DNA from: Amphiscolops sp. MND2022
Lineage: Eukaryota
DNA length: 64,000 nt
Direction of reading: 5' to 3'
NCBI GenBank assembly: GCA_964187785.1
Contig: OZ076413.1
Span: forward strand, 43,960,001 to 44,024,000
The notes below the pieces were generated by a model, which saw only the letters and a program-made list of their open reading frames with translations, had not been told where the DNA came from and did not search any database. The position numbers and the translations under genes are program-made. Positions within the stretch are counted from its first letter, which is position 1. Every line of letters begins with the position of its first letter. This document shows, piece after piece, positions 54,570 to 64,000 of this stretch.

Positions 54570-56869
54570 CATCGTTTGTGCATCGTAATCTCGTCTGCGC
54601 AGTTTTCCGTTTGTAGTGTTTAATCTTGTTCATCACTAGGTTATCGCGTGTTAGTGTAGATCTTTCAGTAATGCTTCGATTTTGATTTCTCATCGTATTT
54701 TCATCACGTTTTCTTCGGTCGGCCGAGCGACGTCGCGAAAAGTGATTTTTCATCTTTTTTACATCGTTTGTTATATGTGATTCATTGCATGTTTGTTACA
54801 TGTGATTTTTCTACATAGTTCATCGTTTTTTCATCTTGCCTTTGAATTTTTGCATTTTTGCTAGCTATTTGGTGTAATTCATCGTTTTTGTATCGCAAGT
54901 TTGACTTGACAAGTTTTTTGCTCATTTTGCTGTATAGTTCATCTTCTTTTCATCGTGCGTTTGAAATGTACGGATTTTGCGTGTTTTCGATGTTATTTGG
55001 GTATAACGTAAGCGGGGGTTGCATTTTTCATGTCCGGAGGAAGTTTTTATTAATATTGCGGTGTTTCGGATTGTTTTCTTCATGTATTTTAGCGTTATAC
55101 GGTTATAACCGTTTGTCGTGTTTTTGAATTTGCATGAGTTTTATGTTACATGTGTTTTGATCATCGTCGTCATGTTTCTAATTTGTCAACTACGGAACGT
55201 TATTGCATGTATTTTTAGTTCGCTTTCTGGTGACCGCCGCTTGCGTGGCGGTCGAAAATAAGTTCACTCAGCAGTGGTACTGATAGCCTGTAGGCGTGCA
55301 AGGTACTAGTGGCTTCAGTCCAGAGCTGGGTGAGTGGAGCTGCTCCGCTCCTTTCAGATAAATGGAATCTCGTAGTTTCGGGCTATATATAGTCTATATG
55401 TCATTTTTTCGGTTGGTTGTTTGCCATTATTCGTCAAAATGGGTTTGTCCATTTGACGGTCAGGCCGATCAATCAATGTGTTTGACATCTACGGTTATGC
55501 ATGTGTCCAGTTTTAGACTATCTTTTTCTTGTATTTGCATGTATGGATTGTTACATGATGTGTTCTTTTAAATGGGTTGCCCCATTATTGACATGTCGTT
55601 ATATGTTCGGTGTTAGTTTCATGTTTTTTGATTGTATTTTCGTTCATTTGGACAGGGCTTTGTCGTCACAAAGCCCCTACAAAACTAACTGAGAATCCAC
55701 TAGCCGCTGGATAACCAACGCAGCAAGCTTCATCCGAATATGGTTGTGAGCTCCCCGCCTCAACTAACCAGCACTCTTTTCAGAGAAATGCCAGCCAGCA
55801 CGAAGGAATGGTTTTAGCTTTTCGATATGGGTGTTTTGTATGTTATGATCTGATGTTTACTGAGGGGTGCTCACTCCTTTATTAGTTTTGTAGGTGTTTC
55901 GTCAATTCTTATATTTTGCATGTAATTTAGTAGGCTTCATGTATTTTCGTTTGTTTGTTTCATTTTTATTCGTCTAGGTTCGGATGGTTTTGGTGTGAAT
56001 TGCATATATTATGTCGTTCATTTTTGAACGGTACATGTATATTTCCGTGCGTTGCTCATTTGTATTGCATGTAGTTTGGAATTGTTAATTGCTTTCGTGA
56101 CGTCATTGATTTGGCAGGTCTTTGAACTTTACATGTATTGATCATTTCATTTTTGTGTCGCATAATTTCGTTGCATGATTCGAAATAAGGTCGGTTGTTT
56201 TTTATCGTTTCGTGGAGTTACATGTTGTTTGCGAATTAGCTGATTTATTGTGATGTTATGTTGATGGTGTTTCCCATCACAAAGAGGTGTTGGTAAGTCA
56301 TTTAATATTTTCGAATTGCCATTTAGACTAAATTCATCGTTTTGACATCCTCCAGCGAAGCTAGAGTATTGTGTCAGGTTAACGATAAATTCGGTCGCGA
56401 TTTGATGGTTGTGTCCATCACAAATTCGTCTCGTTAATTGATTTCATGTAAACTATGAATAATTGGATCGAGTTCATCGCTATTTCATCCTCTGGCCGAG
56501 CTAGAGTCTTGTAATAGCATGAACGTGGGTGCGCTTGCATTCTGATGGTATTTTCCATCTCAAATGCATCGCTAGTAAATATTGCATGTAGATTGGTCGA
56601 AATTTTGACTGAGTTCATCACTTTTTCATCTCTCGTGTGTCTGAGCTAAATTTTCATGTGGTTTCATCCTTTTTTCATCTCAAATTTTTGTGTATTGGGT
56701 TTTCTGGTTTTTTGATCATTTTTCATCCGTTTTACATCTCGTTTTGTTTGTATGCTGTTTTCATGTGATTTTTAGTAGCTTTTCATCCATTTTACATCTT
56801 CATGTGTTTTTTAAGTTTAAATTGCATGTAATTCGTTCGATTTTGTGATTTATTCATCCGTAACACATC
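54570..56869 (-). promoter_or_regulatory. Two further GATG-N7-GATG arrays bracketing the non-coding spacer between pol and the antisense gene
   Basis: CATC-N7-CATC at 54570, 54691, 54751, 54821 and 54940, and at 56335, 56475, 56556, 56616, 56665, 56724, 56784 and 56855. Confidence 0.8.
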
Positions 56870-56896
56870 TCAGAATTAAAATGAGACTTTTCTTGG

Positions 56897-59800
56897 CTAA
56901 ATCGTTACGTCTATTTTGTTGGTCTTTCTCAGTGCGTTTCTAGCTGAAGTAATCTCATGAATGAGGAAGTCTGGATACGTTTTCGGTGTAGGGTTCTCAC
57001 GTAACCTGTACCTACTTTGATTTGATCTAGACGGTCTAGAACTCATCCTTTCTTCATCTTCATTTTGCGTGTTTGTCTGTTGTGACTGGTTTTCGTGTTG
57101 TTCGTCTCTCAGAGGTACTCTTATCCTACTTTCATCACGTGGAGGTGGTAGAATAATTTCTTCTCGCGTTCCGAATCTAACTGTAGGTGGTCTAAAGTTG
57201 TTGTGATCAGTCTCTACTTGCTGATAGTCTATTCTCGTGGTTATTTCTGGTGGAATTACTTGTGGAGTGTGTTGTTCTTGTACTCGAGGAATTGTTTCTT
57301 CTGAAGGCTCTTCTTCGACCAAGTCTTGATCTAGATTGTCATTCTCATTCTGATCTACCTCGTCGGTCGTCGGAATATTCGAGTCGAAAATGTCCGTGTC
57401 TTCAACCCTTTCGGTGTCTGGGTAGAGATGTTCGGACACGTTTATGTCGTCAATCGGAAATTCCGGTTTGAACAATCTCAGTCGCATGCGATGTACGCAC
57501 TGAGTTTGGTGTGTGCCTACTTTGCGGATGATGTAGTTGCTATCGGATAGCACTTTAATCACCTTGTACGGTCCTTTCCAATGGAAAGTTTTAAACTCTT
57601 CTTTGGTTCTCTGAGAGTCGTACTTAGGGTCTAGTAGGAACACGAATTCATTCACCTTCAGTGGCTGTGCTCGTGCTTTTCTATCATAGTACGTTTTGTA
57701 CTTGTGATAGGCGGAAATGATGTTATCTAGATTGTCTCTGAAGATAAAATTCATTTTGTCTAGAATTTCGTTCACGTCCTTGCACTTTGTTTCAGCCGGT
57801 TTGTTTGCGTTTCGGAATTGCAGATCTAGTGAGTTGTATGGTGTCCTTCCGTGGAAAATTTCGGTTGGAGAACATTTCAGTGAATCATGGTACGTTGTGT
57901 TATGGGCCATGATTGCTATGTCGACATAGCGGTCCCATTGTGGTCTGTCTGCGTTTACACTAATCTTAAGGATCTTTTTCAGTTTCGCGTGCGTTCTCTC
58001 CACCATGCCTATTGTCTGCGCGTGCTTTATCGTGGCATGGGAGATGTGAATATCAGCCGCTTTCGCGATTTCGGACAGAAGTTCAGCCGTGAACGCCGTG
58101 CCCTTGTCCGTCAGAATGTGTTTGGGCACATACGCGTGTTTTGTGAAGATCGACAGTAATCCTCTGACTACGGAATGTGTATCAGGTCTCTTCAGCGGAA
58201 CGGCGAACAGGTAGCGCGAAAAAACGTCAACAGCCGTCAGAATGTGTGTAAAACCGTTCGATGCCGGGAGTGGACCAACGATGTCTATTTCCAGCAGGTC
58301 TTCTGGTCCGTCGCACGGGTCGTAGATTTTTTGTAACGGTGGACGTAGTTGCGTTTCTTTTACACTTTTAGACTTAATGCAGTTTTCACATCCGTCAAGG
58401 ACTTTTTGAACTTTACAGGCTAAGTTAGGAGAGTAATATCTTTTACGAAGTTCATACAACATTTTCTTTAAACCAGGGTGTCCTTGTACCGGGCTGTTAT
58501 GTAGAGTCCTAATTATTTTCAAAATACAGTCTTCAGGAACGACTAACTGCTTATGAGACTCTAGTCCCGTGTGATCAAAAAACTGTCTGTACAGGACACC
58601 GTTTACAACTTGTAGGCGTTTTCGATTTTTGTACAACTTTTGAAAAAACTGGTCTTGCATGTTAACTGGGTGTTGCAAAATTTCAGTACCTTCTAAAAAT
58701 CTAATCATTTTTTGGATAACCCAGTTATTTTTCTGGACCTGAATTAGATCGATCCCCTCGGCGGGGCTAACCTGACTCATTACCGGGTGTGATAATGATA
58801 CTTTACGGATGAATTGCGAGAGTTGAATCGGCTCGTCCACGTCTGTGAGGCGGTACGTCAGATGGTTGTCAGTCGCGAAGTCATCTGAGGCCGCAGTTCT
58901 CTCACAGTTGGTGAACTTCATCCCTTTCCCATCGTCATGAGCCACGTCAGTGCCAGTTGCCAATTTCATCTCTTTGACATCCTTCTGGCGTTTGCATCTG
59001 AGTGGTTCGCTCGCGGGGAAGTAATCAGGCTCGTCTTCCTCCTGTTTTGGTGTACGGGAGGCGATGTCGATCTCGATCCTGTGAATTGGAATAGTATCAG
59101 TCAATTTTAAATGTACACGGTCTTCAGGTCTAATCTCAAGCCGAGATAGGTAATCCGCTGCGGGATTTTCAACTCCTGGAACATGTGCTAATAGAAAATT
59201 GAACTGAAGGGTTTGATCGCAAAAATTCCAAAGTGAAGGCGGGATATGCTTCGCCTGGAAAAATCTAGTTAAGGCCTTATTGTCAGTCATAACAATGATG
59301 GGTTTTTTCGCACCCCACAAAATGTGGCCAAATTCATCGAAGGCAAAGTGCATAGCTAAAAACTCTTTGGCATACATTGTTAGAGACATCTGGCCGCCCT
59401 GAAATTTCTTAGAGCCAAATGCAACAGGGGCGTATGTATGTTTGACTGACGGGTCTGCATAATCTTCGATTAACAACACATAGCCTGCAGCGTGTTCGCT
59501 GGCGTCACACATGATTACCAGTTGTTTATCTGGTAATGGCAATTTCAGAGACACTTTTGTTGCTTTTAACAAACTTTCATTAATTTCAAAAATAGCATCT
59601 TTATGTTGTTGGTTCAGCTTGAAAGGGACGTCTTTCTTGATGAGTTCCTGTAAACAACAAGTTTTATCAGCTAGACGGGGAATGTAAGACCTGTAAAAGT
59701 TCACAAAACCAAGATAACGTTGCAACGCTTTCACTGAATTGGGGGGTTTCAACTTCGTTAAATAGTCTGTTACGCGTTTTTCGATGGGAGCAATACCAGT

Positions 59801-61990
59801 GCTAGAAATGGTTTTTCCCAAGTACTCAATTTGTTTTTGTCCAAATTCACATTTACTCATGCTAAGTTTAAGACCAGCTTTGTGCAATTGTTGAAAAACA
59901 AGTTCAAGGTTGGTAATCAATTCTTCGGGTGAGTGTGCTGCAATTCCAATGTCGTCAACATATTGGGCACAGCGGTCCGCTTTGACCAAGGGGTCCAAAT
60001 ACTCACGGATTACTCCTGTAAATGCTGACAAAGAACGATTAAGACCTTGTGCTAGACGTAAAAATGCAAAAGTTCTAGACCCAAAATTAAACGATAACAG
60101 TTGGACAGATTGCTCATCGGCCATTGGAATGCAATGGTAGGCCTGGGAACAATCAAGTTTGCAGAAGTACCTTTTCCCGGCCATGTGTTGGGCAGCGTCA
60201 GCAATTGTTGTTACGGGATGATTGTGCTCACCGTAATCGTTTTTGATCAGGTGGTTTATTCTTCTCAAGTCAACTAAAATCCTCAATTTACCATTAGGTT
60301 TACGCTGAGCAAATATCGGGGAAGAGTATTTGCTGTGAGGCAAAGTAGTTATAATCCCGTACTCTTGCATTAGGGCTAATTCCACGAGCAAATCGTCCTT
60401 CAAATTTGTCGGAGTCGGGAGACTTTGTGAATAAACAGGTTCTTCATGTTGAGGTGTTAACTTAACTTTAAAATCAGTGTTCATGCCAATATCAAAACGG
60501 TGTCTAGCAAAAATGGAGTTGTACTTTACCAGCAACTCCTCTACCTGTAACCGTTGAGACGGAGTAAGAAGCGAGTCGTCCCAGTTGAAGTTCTTCAGGA
60601 AGTTCATCCGTTGTTCATCGGATTGGGACGGGTCAAGCTTCTCGAGCTCTCGCAGTGCCAGAATCTCATCATAAATCCGTCGCTCAATTGCGTTGAGTTT
60701 GTCTGGCTCACTGCACGTCTCGGGAGTTGGGTACCACTTGGTTGACTTCATTTCAGGGTTCACGAACAGTTGGTTGATCACTGCTTCGGCTTCATCTGGA
60801 TACCTGGTGATCAAGTTCAAGTGTTCCACTGGCATGGGCGCGATGTTTGCTGCTTGGTGTGGTGTCGGGATGCGAAAGTGTGCCAGAGTGGTGTTGGCTT
60901 CAAGTGTGTACGTGTGGTTGTTTGGGTTGGTGACCTGGATTGTCGTCTTGCCCTCGTCTAGGTCAACCAAAGCTGGAGAAACAAGCAAACACGTCTTTCG
61001 CATGAATCCAGGTGAGCCCTCAACTGTACCAGTTGTAAGTGAGATGTCCGCGTCACTGTGGACCTGTATCATCACTTGGTGGAGAGGAGGGATCACTGTT
61101 CTAGTACTGGAACACAAATCAATTAAACCAGTCTTGAATCTGTTGTTCTTTTGCTGTCTAACTTGCATGGACATCATGTGATTAGGGAAGTGGACAAGGT
61201 GGTTTTTGATGTCTAAGTTGACTGAGTACTTTTCAAAAAAGGACATTCCAATTAAAATTGTTCCCATTGTTGGAAGGATTAGGAACGTTTCTTCGAATAC
61301 TTTTCCAGCAACGTAAAATCTAAGTAAGACTTGCTTACGCACTGGGACTAAGTTCCCGTTTGCTATTTGAATTTTGAAATTCGGAGGGGGGAATTCTTGA
61401 AGGATGGCTTCTGGATGAGCCGTTGTTATTTTTCGTAGTTCGGCTTCAGACATTGCACTTTGTATTGCGCCTGTGTCTAAAAGTGCGCTGTTTTCGTATT
61501 TGTTAAACTGAAGAGGGACGTACAGCATTTTATCTTTCTTGTTTAAATGTAAAGTGGGACTGAGAACGTGAATTTCTGTTTTAATTGCATGTTTTTTAGT
61601 TTTTGAAACGTTAATACTACTCTGTTTTGCATGTTTTTTAATACTAAGCCGTTTGTCGATTGTTGAGTGTGAAGTCGAGTCGTCGTCTAGATGGTGGGTT
61701 TCCATCTCTTTGGCATCTTCCACCTGCCTCATGGTGTTTGGTTGCCAGTTCATCGTTTGTTCATCGTTGATTTCAGCGAGTGGAGAAAAGCGGCTGCCGT
61801 TGAGTTGACTTGCATTTCTCATCGCTTTTTCATCGTTGGAAAGTCTTCGCTGATAGACGTCGTCAGCTTTTGGTCGTTTGTCCAATGAAGGCTGCCATTT
61901 CTTCATTGGACGGTCGTGTGTAGTCGGTTGAGTCGAAAGTCGTTGGTCGCGCGTTGTGTTTCTAGCGGGTGGAAATCGTGGCGGAATCAA
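56897..61990 (-). CDS. pol: Pol polyprotein (PR-RT-RNase H-IN), 1697 aa, intact
   Basis: LLDTGA protease, YVDD RT, CDASEHAAG RNase H, and HNSPVQGHPG…CENC plus D-D-E integrase motifs. Gypsy domain order. No ATG start; it lies in the -1 frame to gag. Confidence 0.97.
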   Translation of the reverse strand: MIPPRFPPARNTTRDQRLSTQPTTHDRPMKKWQPSLDKRPKADDVYQRRLSNDEKAMRNASQLNGSRFSPLAEINDEQTMNWQPNTMRQVEDAKEMETHHLDDDSTSHSTIDKRLSIKKHAKQSSINVSKTKKHAIKTEIHVLSPTLHLNKKDKMLYVPLQFNKYENSALLDTGAIQSAMSEAELRKITTAHPEAILQEFPPPNFKIQIANGNLVPVRKQVLLRFYVAGKVFEETFLILPTMGTILIGMSFFEKYSVNLDIKNHLVHFPNHMMSMQVRQQKNNRFKTGLIDLCSSTRTVIPPLHQVMIQVHSDADISLTTGTVEGSPGFMRKTCLLVSPALVDLDEGKTTIQVTNPNNHTYTLEANTTLAHFRIPTPHQAANIAPMPVEHLNLITRYPDEAEAVINQLFVNPEMKSTKWYPTPETCSEPDKLNAIERRIYDEILALRELEKLDPSQSDEQRMNFLKNFNWDDSLLTPSQRLQVEELLVKYNSIFARHRFDIGMNTDFKVKLTPQHEEPVYSQSLPTPTNLKDDLLVELALMQEYGIITTLPHSKYSSPIFAQRKPNGKLRILVDLRRINHLIKNDYGEHNHPVTTIADAAQHMAGKRYFCKLDCSQAYHCIPMADEQSVQLLSFNFGSRTFAFLRLAQGLNRSLSAFTGVIREYLDPLVKADRCAQYVDDIGIAAHSPEELITNLELVFQQLHKAGLKLSMSKCEFGQKQIEYLGKTISSTGIAPIEKRVTDYLTKLKPPNSVKALQRYLGFVNFYRSYIPRLADKTCCLQELIKKDVPFKLNQQHKDAIFEINESLLKATKVSLKLPLPDKQLVIMCDASEHAAGYVLLIEDYADPSVKHTYAPVAFGSKKFQGGQMSLTMYAKEFLAMHFAFDEFGHILWGAKKPIIVMTDNKALTRFFQAKHIPPSLWNFCDQTLQFNFLLAHVPGVENPAADYLSRLEIRPEDRVHLKLTDTIPIHRIEIDIASRTPKQEEDEPDYFPASEPLRCKRQKDVKEMKLATGTDVAHDDGKGMKFTNCERTAASDDFATDNHLTYRLTDVDEPIQLSQFIRKVSLSHPVMSQVSPAEGIDLIQVQKNNWVIQKMIRFLEGTEILQHPVNMQDQFFQKLYKNRKRLQVVNGVLYRQFFDHTGLESHKQLVVPEDCILKIIRTLHNSPVQGHPGLKKMLYELRKRYYSPNLACKVQKVLDGCENCIKSKSVKETQLRPPLQKIYDPCDGPEDLLEIDIVGPLPASNGFTHILTAVDVFSRYLFAVPLKRPDTHSVVRGLLSIFTKHAYVPKHILTDKGTAFTAELLSEIAKAADIHISHATIKHAQTIGMVERTHAKLKKILKISVNADRPQWDRYVDIAIMAHNTTYHDSLKCSPTEIFHGRTPYNSLDLQFRNANKPAETKCKDVNEILDKMNFIFRDNLDNIISAYHKYKTYYDRKARAQPLKVNEFVFLLDPKYDSQRTKEEFKTFHWKGPYKVIKVLSDSNYIIRKVGTHQTQCVHRMRLRLFKPEFPIDDINVSEHLYPDTERVEDTDIFDSNIPTTDEVDQNENDNLDQDLVEEEPSEETIPRVQEQHTPQVIPPEITTRIDYQQVETDHNNFRPPTVRFGTREEIILPPPRDESRIRVPLRDEQHENQSQQTNTQNEDEERMSSRPSRSNQSRYRLRENPTPKTYPDFLIHEITSARNALRKTNKIDVTI

Positions 61991-63492
61991 AAACCCTGAT
62001 TTATGTCTTCATCAGAGTAGGTTTCTTGGTCTTCTTCTTCGGTGACTGCTTGCATAGGATTCATCGGCTTTTGTTGTCGTTTTAAGTCTTGTCTTCTAGT
62101 TCTGTTGTCATCTTGTGAATTCGTTGCGTATGGAATCTTTCCATATGCAGAACTGCTTTCTTTAGGGACACGTCGTCTGCAATCCCTTGCTGAGTGGCCT
62201 GTGTAACCGCAAATCTGGCAGACCAATTTTGGATTGTATTTCGGCTTATCTGGATCGGCTGCTTTCTTCATCGGGATTGCATCCTCCTTCTTTATGCCGT
62301 TCGCTTCGTCTCGTTGTCGGGCGCGACATTCCGTTTTGCGGTGACCTGTTTTTCCGCAGTAGAAACATTGTCCCTCAAATCGTTTTCGTTCTGTCGGTTG
62401 TGCGGTCGTCGTTGTTGTTGTAGGCTTCGTCGTTGTAATCGTAGGCGGTGCTGAGGAGGTGACCGCGTTGAATGGTTGGATTGCCGTAGGTGGCGCTACG
62501 TACTGCTGGTACTGGTATTTTCGCATTAGGTAGGTTTTGATTTCCTCTGGGGAGCTCTCTTCTTTGTTTGCCATGGTGAGCTCTTGTTGAATCTCGACTG
62601 GCAGTTTTCCAAACAGGAACATTTTGATTATACTGTCGGCGTCATTGCCGAAGGCTTGTTTGGCAGTCTTCTTGAGATTTTTGAGGAAATCGCCGAATGT
62701 TTCTGTTGTGGGATCATAGCGTGCTTGATCCCATTTGTAACGGGCCACTTCCTTTAGATCCTCTTTTGCAAATTCTTTTCTGAAGAGGTCGAGTACGTCC
62801 TTTAGTGTTGTCATTGGCGTTATCTGGATGGATTGCCAGTATTCTATTGCGTCATCTCTCAAAAGGCTTTGAAAGAAGTGTAGTTTGTTCTCCTCGGTGA
62901 TTTTGTTGGCAAGCGGGCTAAGGTGGTTGAGGAGAAGGTGCTCAAATTCGACGAATTTGTCTTTTTGGCCTCTGAAATTTGGCACGTGTGTCTGCAGAAG
63001 CTTCGTGTTGGTGGTTGTGTTTTTGATGCGTTGGGGGATCGTCTCGATTGCATTGAGTAGTCGTTCCTCATTGCTTCTGGGGGTTGATTCTCCTTCGTCT
63101 GAATCGTCTTCTTGGTAACTTCTGAAGTTGGTGAAGCTGGTTGTCGGGCGGTTGGAGCGGGTTTCTGTAACTCCTGTCACCATGTCGAGCCCAACCGTGT
63201 GGGTCGGCTTTGAAGGACCTTTCGAGGTTGACTGTCGATTTTCGGTGTCTGTCTTACTTATGACAGCCATCATTAAGTCCTTCAGTTGACTGAACTCATT
63301 CTGTAATTCGTTTATCTTTCTCTCATAGCTCTCTTTTATTTCAGATAACTGAGACGAGATGTCGGAAACCTCGTTGCTATCAGAATCATTGGCAGAAGAC
63401 TGAGCCATGTCTGGATCCGTTTGAACGGGTGTATCTAATGAGGAACTAATAATTCTTCCGCTTCTGAGTTCAGTGCCTAGATCTGGGTTCAT
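61987..63492 (-). CDS. gag: Gag polyprotein, 501 aa, with two CCHC zinc knuckles
   Basis: CFYCGKTGHRKTEC and CQICGYTGHSARDC knuckles, capsid-like core, positioned upstream of pol. Confidence 0.95.
   Translation of the reverse strand: MNPDLGTELRSGRIISSSLDTPVQTDPDMAQSSANDSDSNEVSDISSQLSEIKESYERKINELQNEFSQLKDLMMAVISKTDTENRQSTSKGPSKPTHTVGLDMVTGVTETRSNRPTTSFTNFRSYQEDDSDEGESTPRSNEERLLNAIETIPQRIKNTTTNTKLLQTHVPNFRGQKDKFVEFEHLLLNHLSPLANKITEENKLHFFQSLLRDDAIEYWQSIQITPMTTLKDVLDLFRKEFAKEDLKEVARYKWDQARYDPTTETFGDFLKNLKKTAKQAFGNDADSIIKMFLFGKLPVEIQQELTMANKEESSPEEIKTYLMRKYQYQQYVAPPTAIQPFNAVTSSAPPTITTTKPTTTTTTAQPTERKRFEGQCFYCGKTGHRKTECRARQRDEANGIKKEDAIPMKKAADPDKPKYNPKLVCQICGYTGHSARDCRRRVPKESSSAYGKIPYATNSQDDNRTRRQDLKRQQKPMNPMQAVTEEEDQETYSDEDINQGF
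61990..61996 (-). promoter_or_regulatory. -1 ribosomal frameshift slippery heptamer G GGT TTT
   Basis: X XXY YYZ heptamer directly before the gag TGA. Pol opens in the -1 frame. Confidence 0.8.
63171..63182 (-). promoter_or_regulatory. Primer binding site TGGTGACAGGAG
   Basis: TGG immediately follows the LTR-terminal CA. One mismatch from the tRNA-Leu-type PBS TGGTGTCAGGAG. Confidence 0.65.
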
Positions 63493-64000
63493 AGAGGTGG
63501 GAGAAAAGGAATTATGAGTGAAGACTGGATCTGGATGATTTTTCGATGTGTTTTACTGTTTTATGCTGTTATTCGAACTCAAATTCACTATTTCTGAACT
63601 TGAGATGTAAATGCGATGAGTTTTACAGTAAGACAAGGATGCTAGTAAGGAATTGAGAAATAGTTAACGAGGATCAAGTAGAGTTCATCCAAAATTCATC
63701 GAACAGATATCAATCAAGAAATTACTCAGAGTTGTGAAGGTAGCGTTTTACGATGAATACAAGATATGTTTTCTAGTTCAAATCTGTCGTAATTCATCCA
63801 ACTGGATGGTAGCTAATCGCAATTTCGGTCTGTGTAATCTCTAATGGCGGTCCAAAATTCAGCAGTTCACGTGTTCTTTTCAGGCTGGTAAGACGCTAAA
63901 TCTCTTACCAGCCGACTCTTATTGGCTATTGCCAGTTGGTGCTAATTGGTAAGTCACGTGACCGGTGTTGTGAACTGCCGCAAGTTGGCCAAACCACATG
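63183..64000 (-). repeat. 5' LTR (partial, truncated by the window edge)
   Basis: Direct repeat of 46135-46953. Confidence 0.95.

Larger units (their letters stand above)
46135..64000 (-). mobile_element. Giant young Ty3/Gypsy LTR retrotransposon (~19 kb inferred; runs off the window)
   Basis: 46135-46953 is virtually identical to 63183-64000 (one 1-nt indel seen). Intact gag and pol, PBS-like TGGTGACAGGAG next to the LTR, and a PPT-like GGGGAG at 48371-48376. Confidence 0.95.

Noticed and set aside
55227..55257. Hammerhead-like CTGGTGA-stem-GAAA
   Set aside because: The core deviates from CUGANGA, the stem II register is off by two bases, and no convincing stems I/III were found.
48371..56896. 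env gene downstream of pol
   Set aside because: No long minus-strand ORF with a signal peptide or transmembrane anchor. The coding signal is on the opposite strand.

Overview
AT-rich eukaryotic (animal-like) genomic DNA dominated by transposable elements, with one 200-N assembly gap (41790-41989). The left half holds a satellite-like AT-rich repeat with an inverted arm, Tc1/mariner relics, non-autonomous DNA transposons (MULE-like, CACTA-like, hAT) and a tandem cluster of three spliced genes for small secreted Cys-rich PAN/apple-like proteins. The middle holds a complete but mutated 5.9-kb Ty3/Gypsy element and a degraded relative. The right end (46135 to beyond 64000) is a young, intact Ty3/Gypsy element of about 19 kb on the minus strand, with LTRs of about 2.2 kb. 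Its gag ORF starts inside the LTR, and pol is reached by a -1 frameshift. Its 8.5-kb 3' region carries an ANTISENSE 8-exon gene model (~1062 aa, BED-like zinc finger) whose splice phases all close in frame. The element also carries over 40 copies of a strict bipartite motif GATG-N7-GATG, arranged in arrays at 60-70 bp spacing. Together these are a candidate element-encoded self-recognition or anti-silencing system. All analysis was done by eye; no database searches were run.
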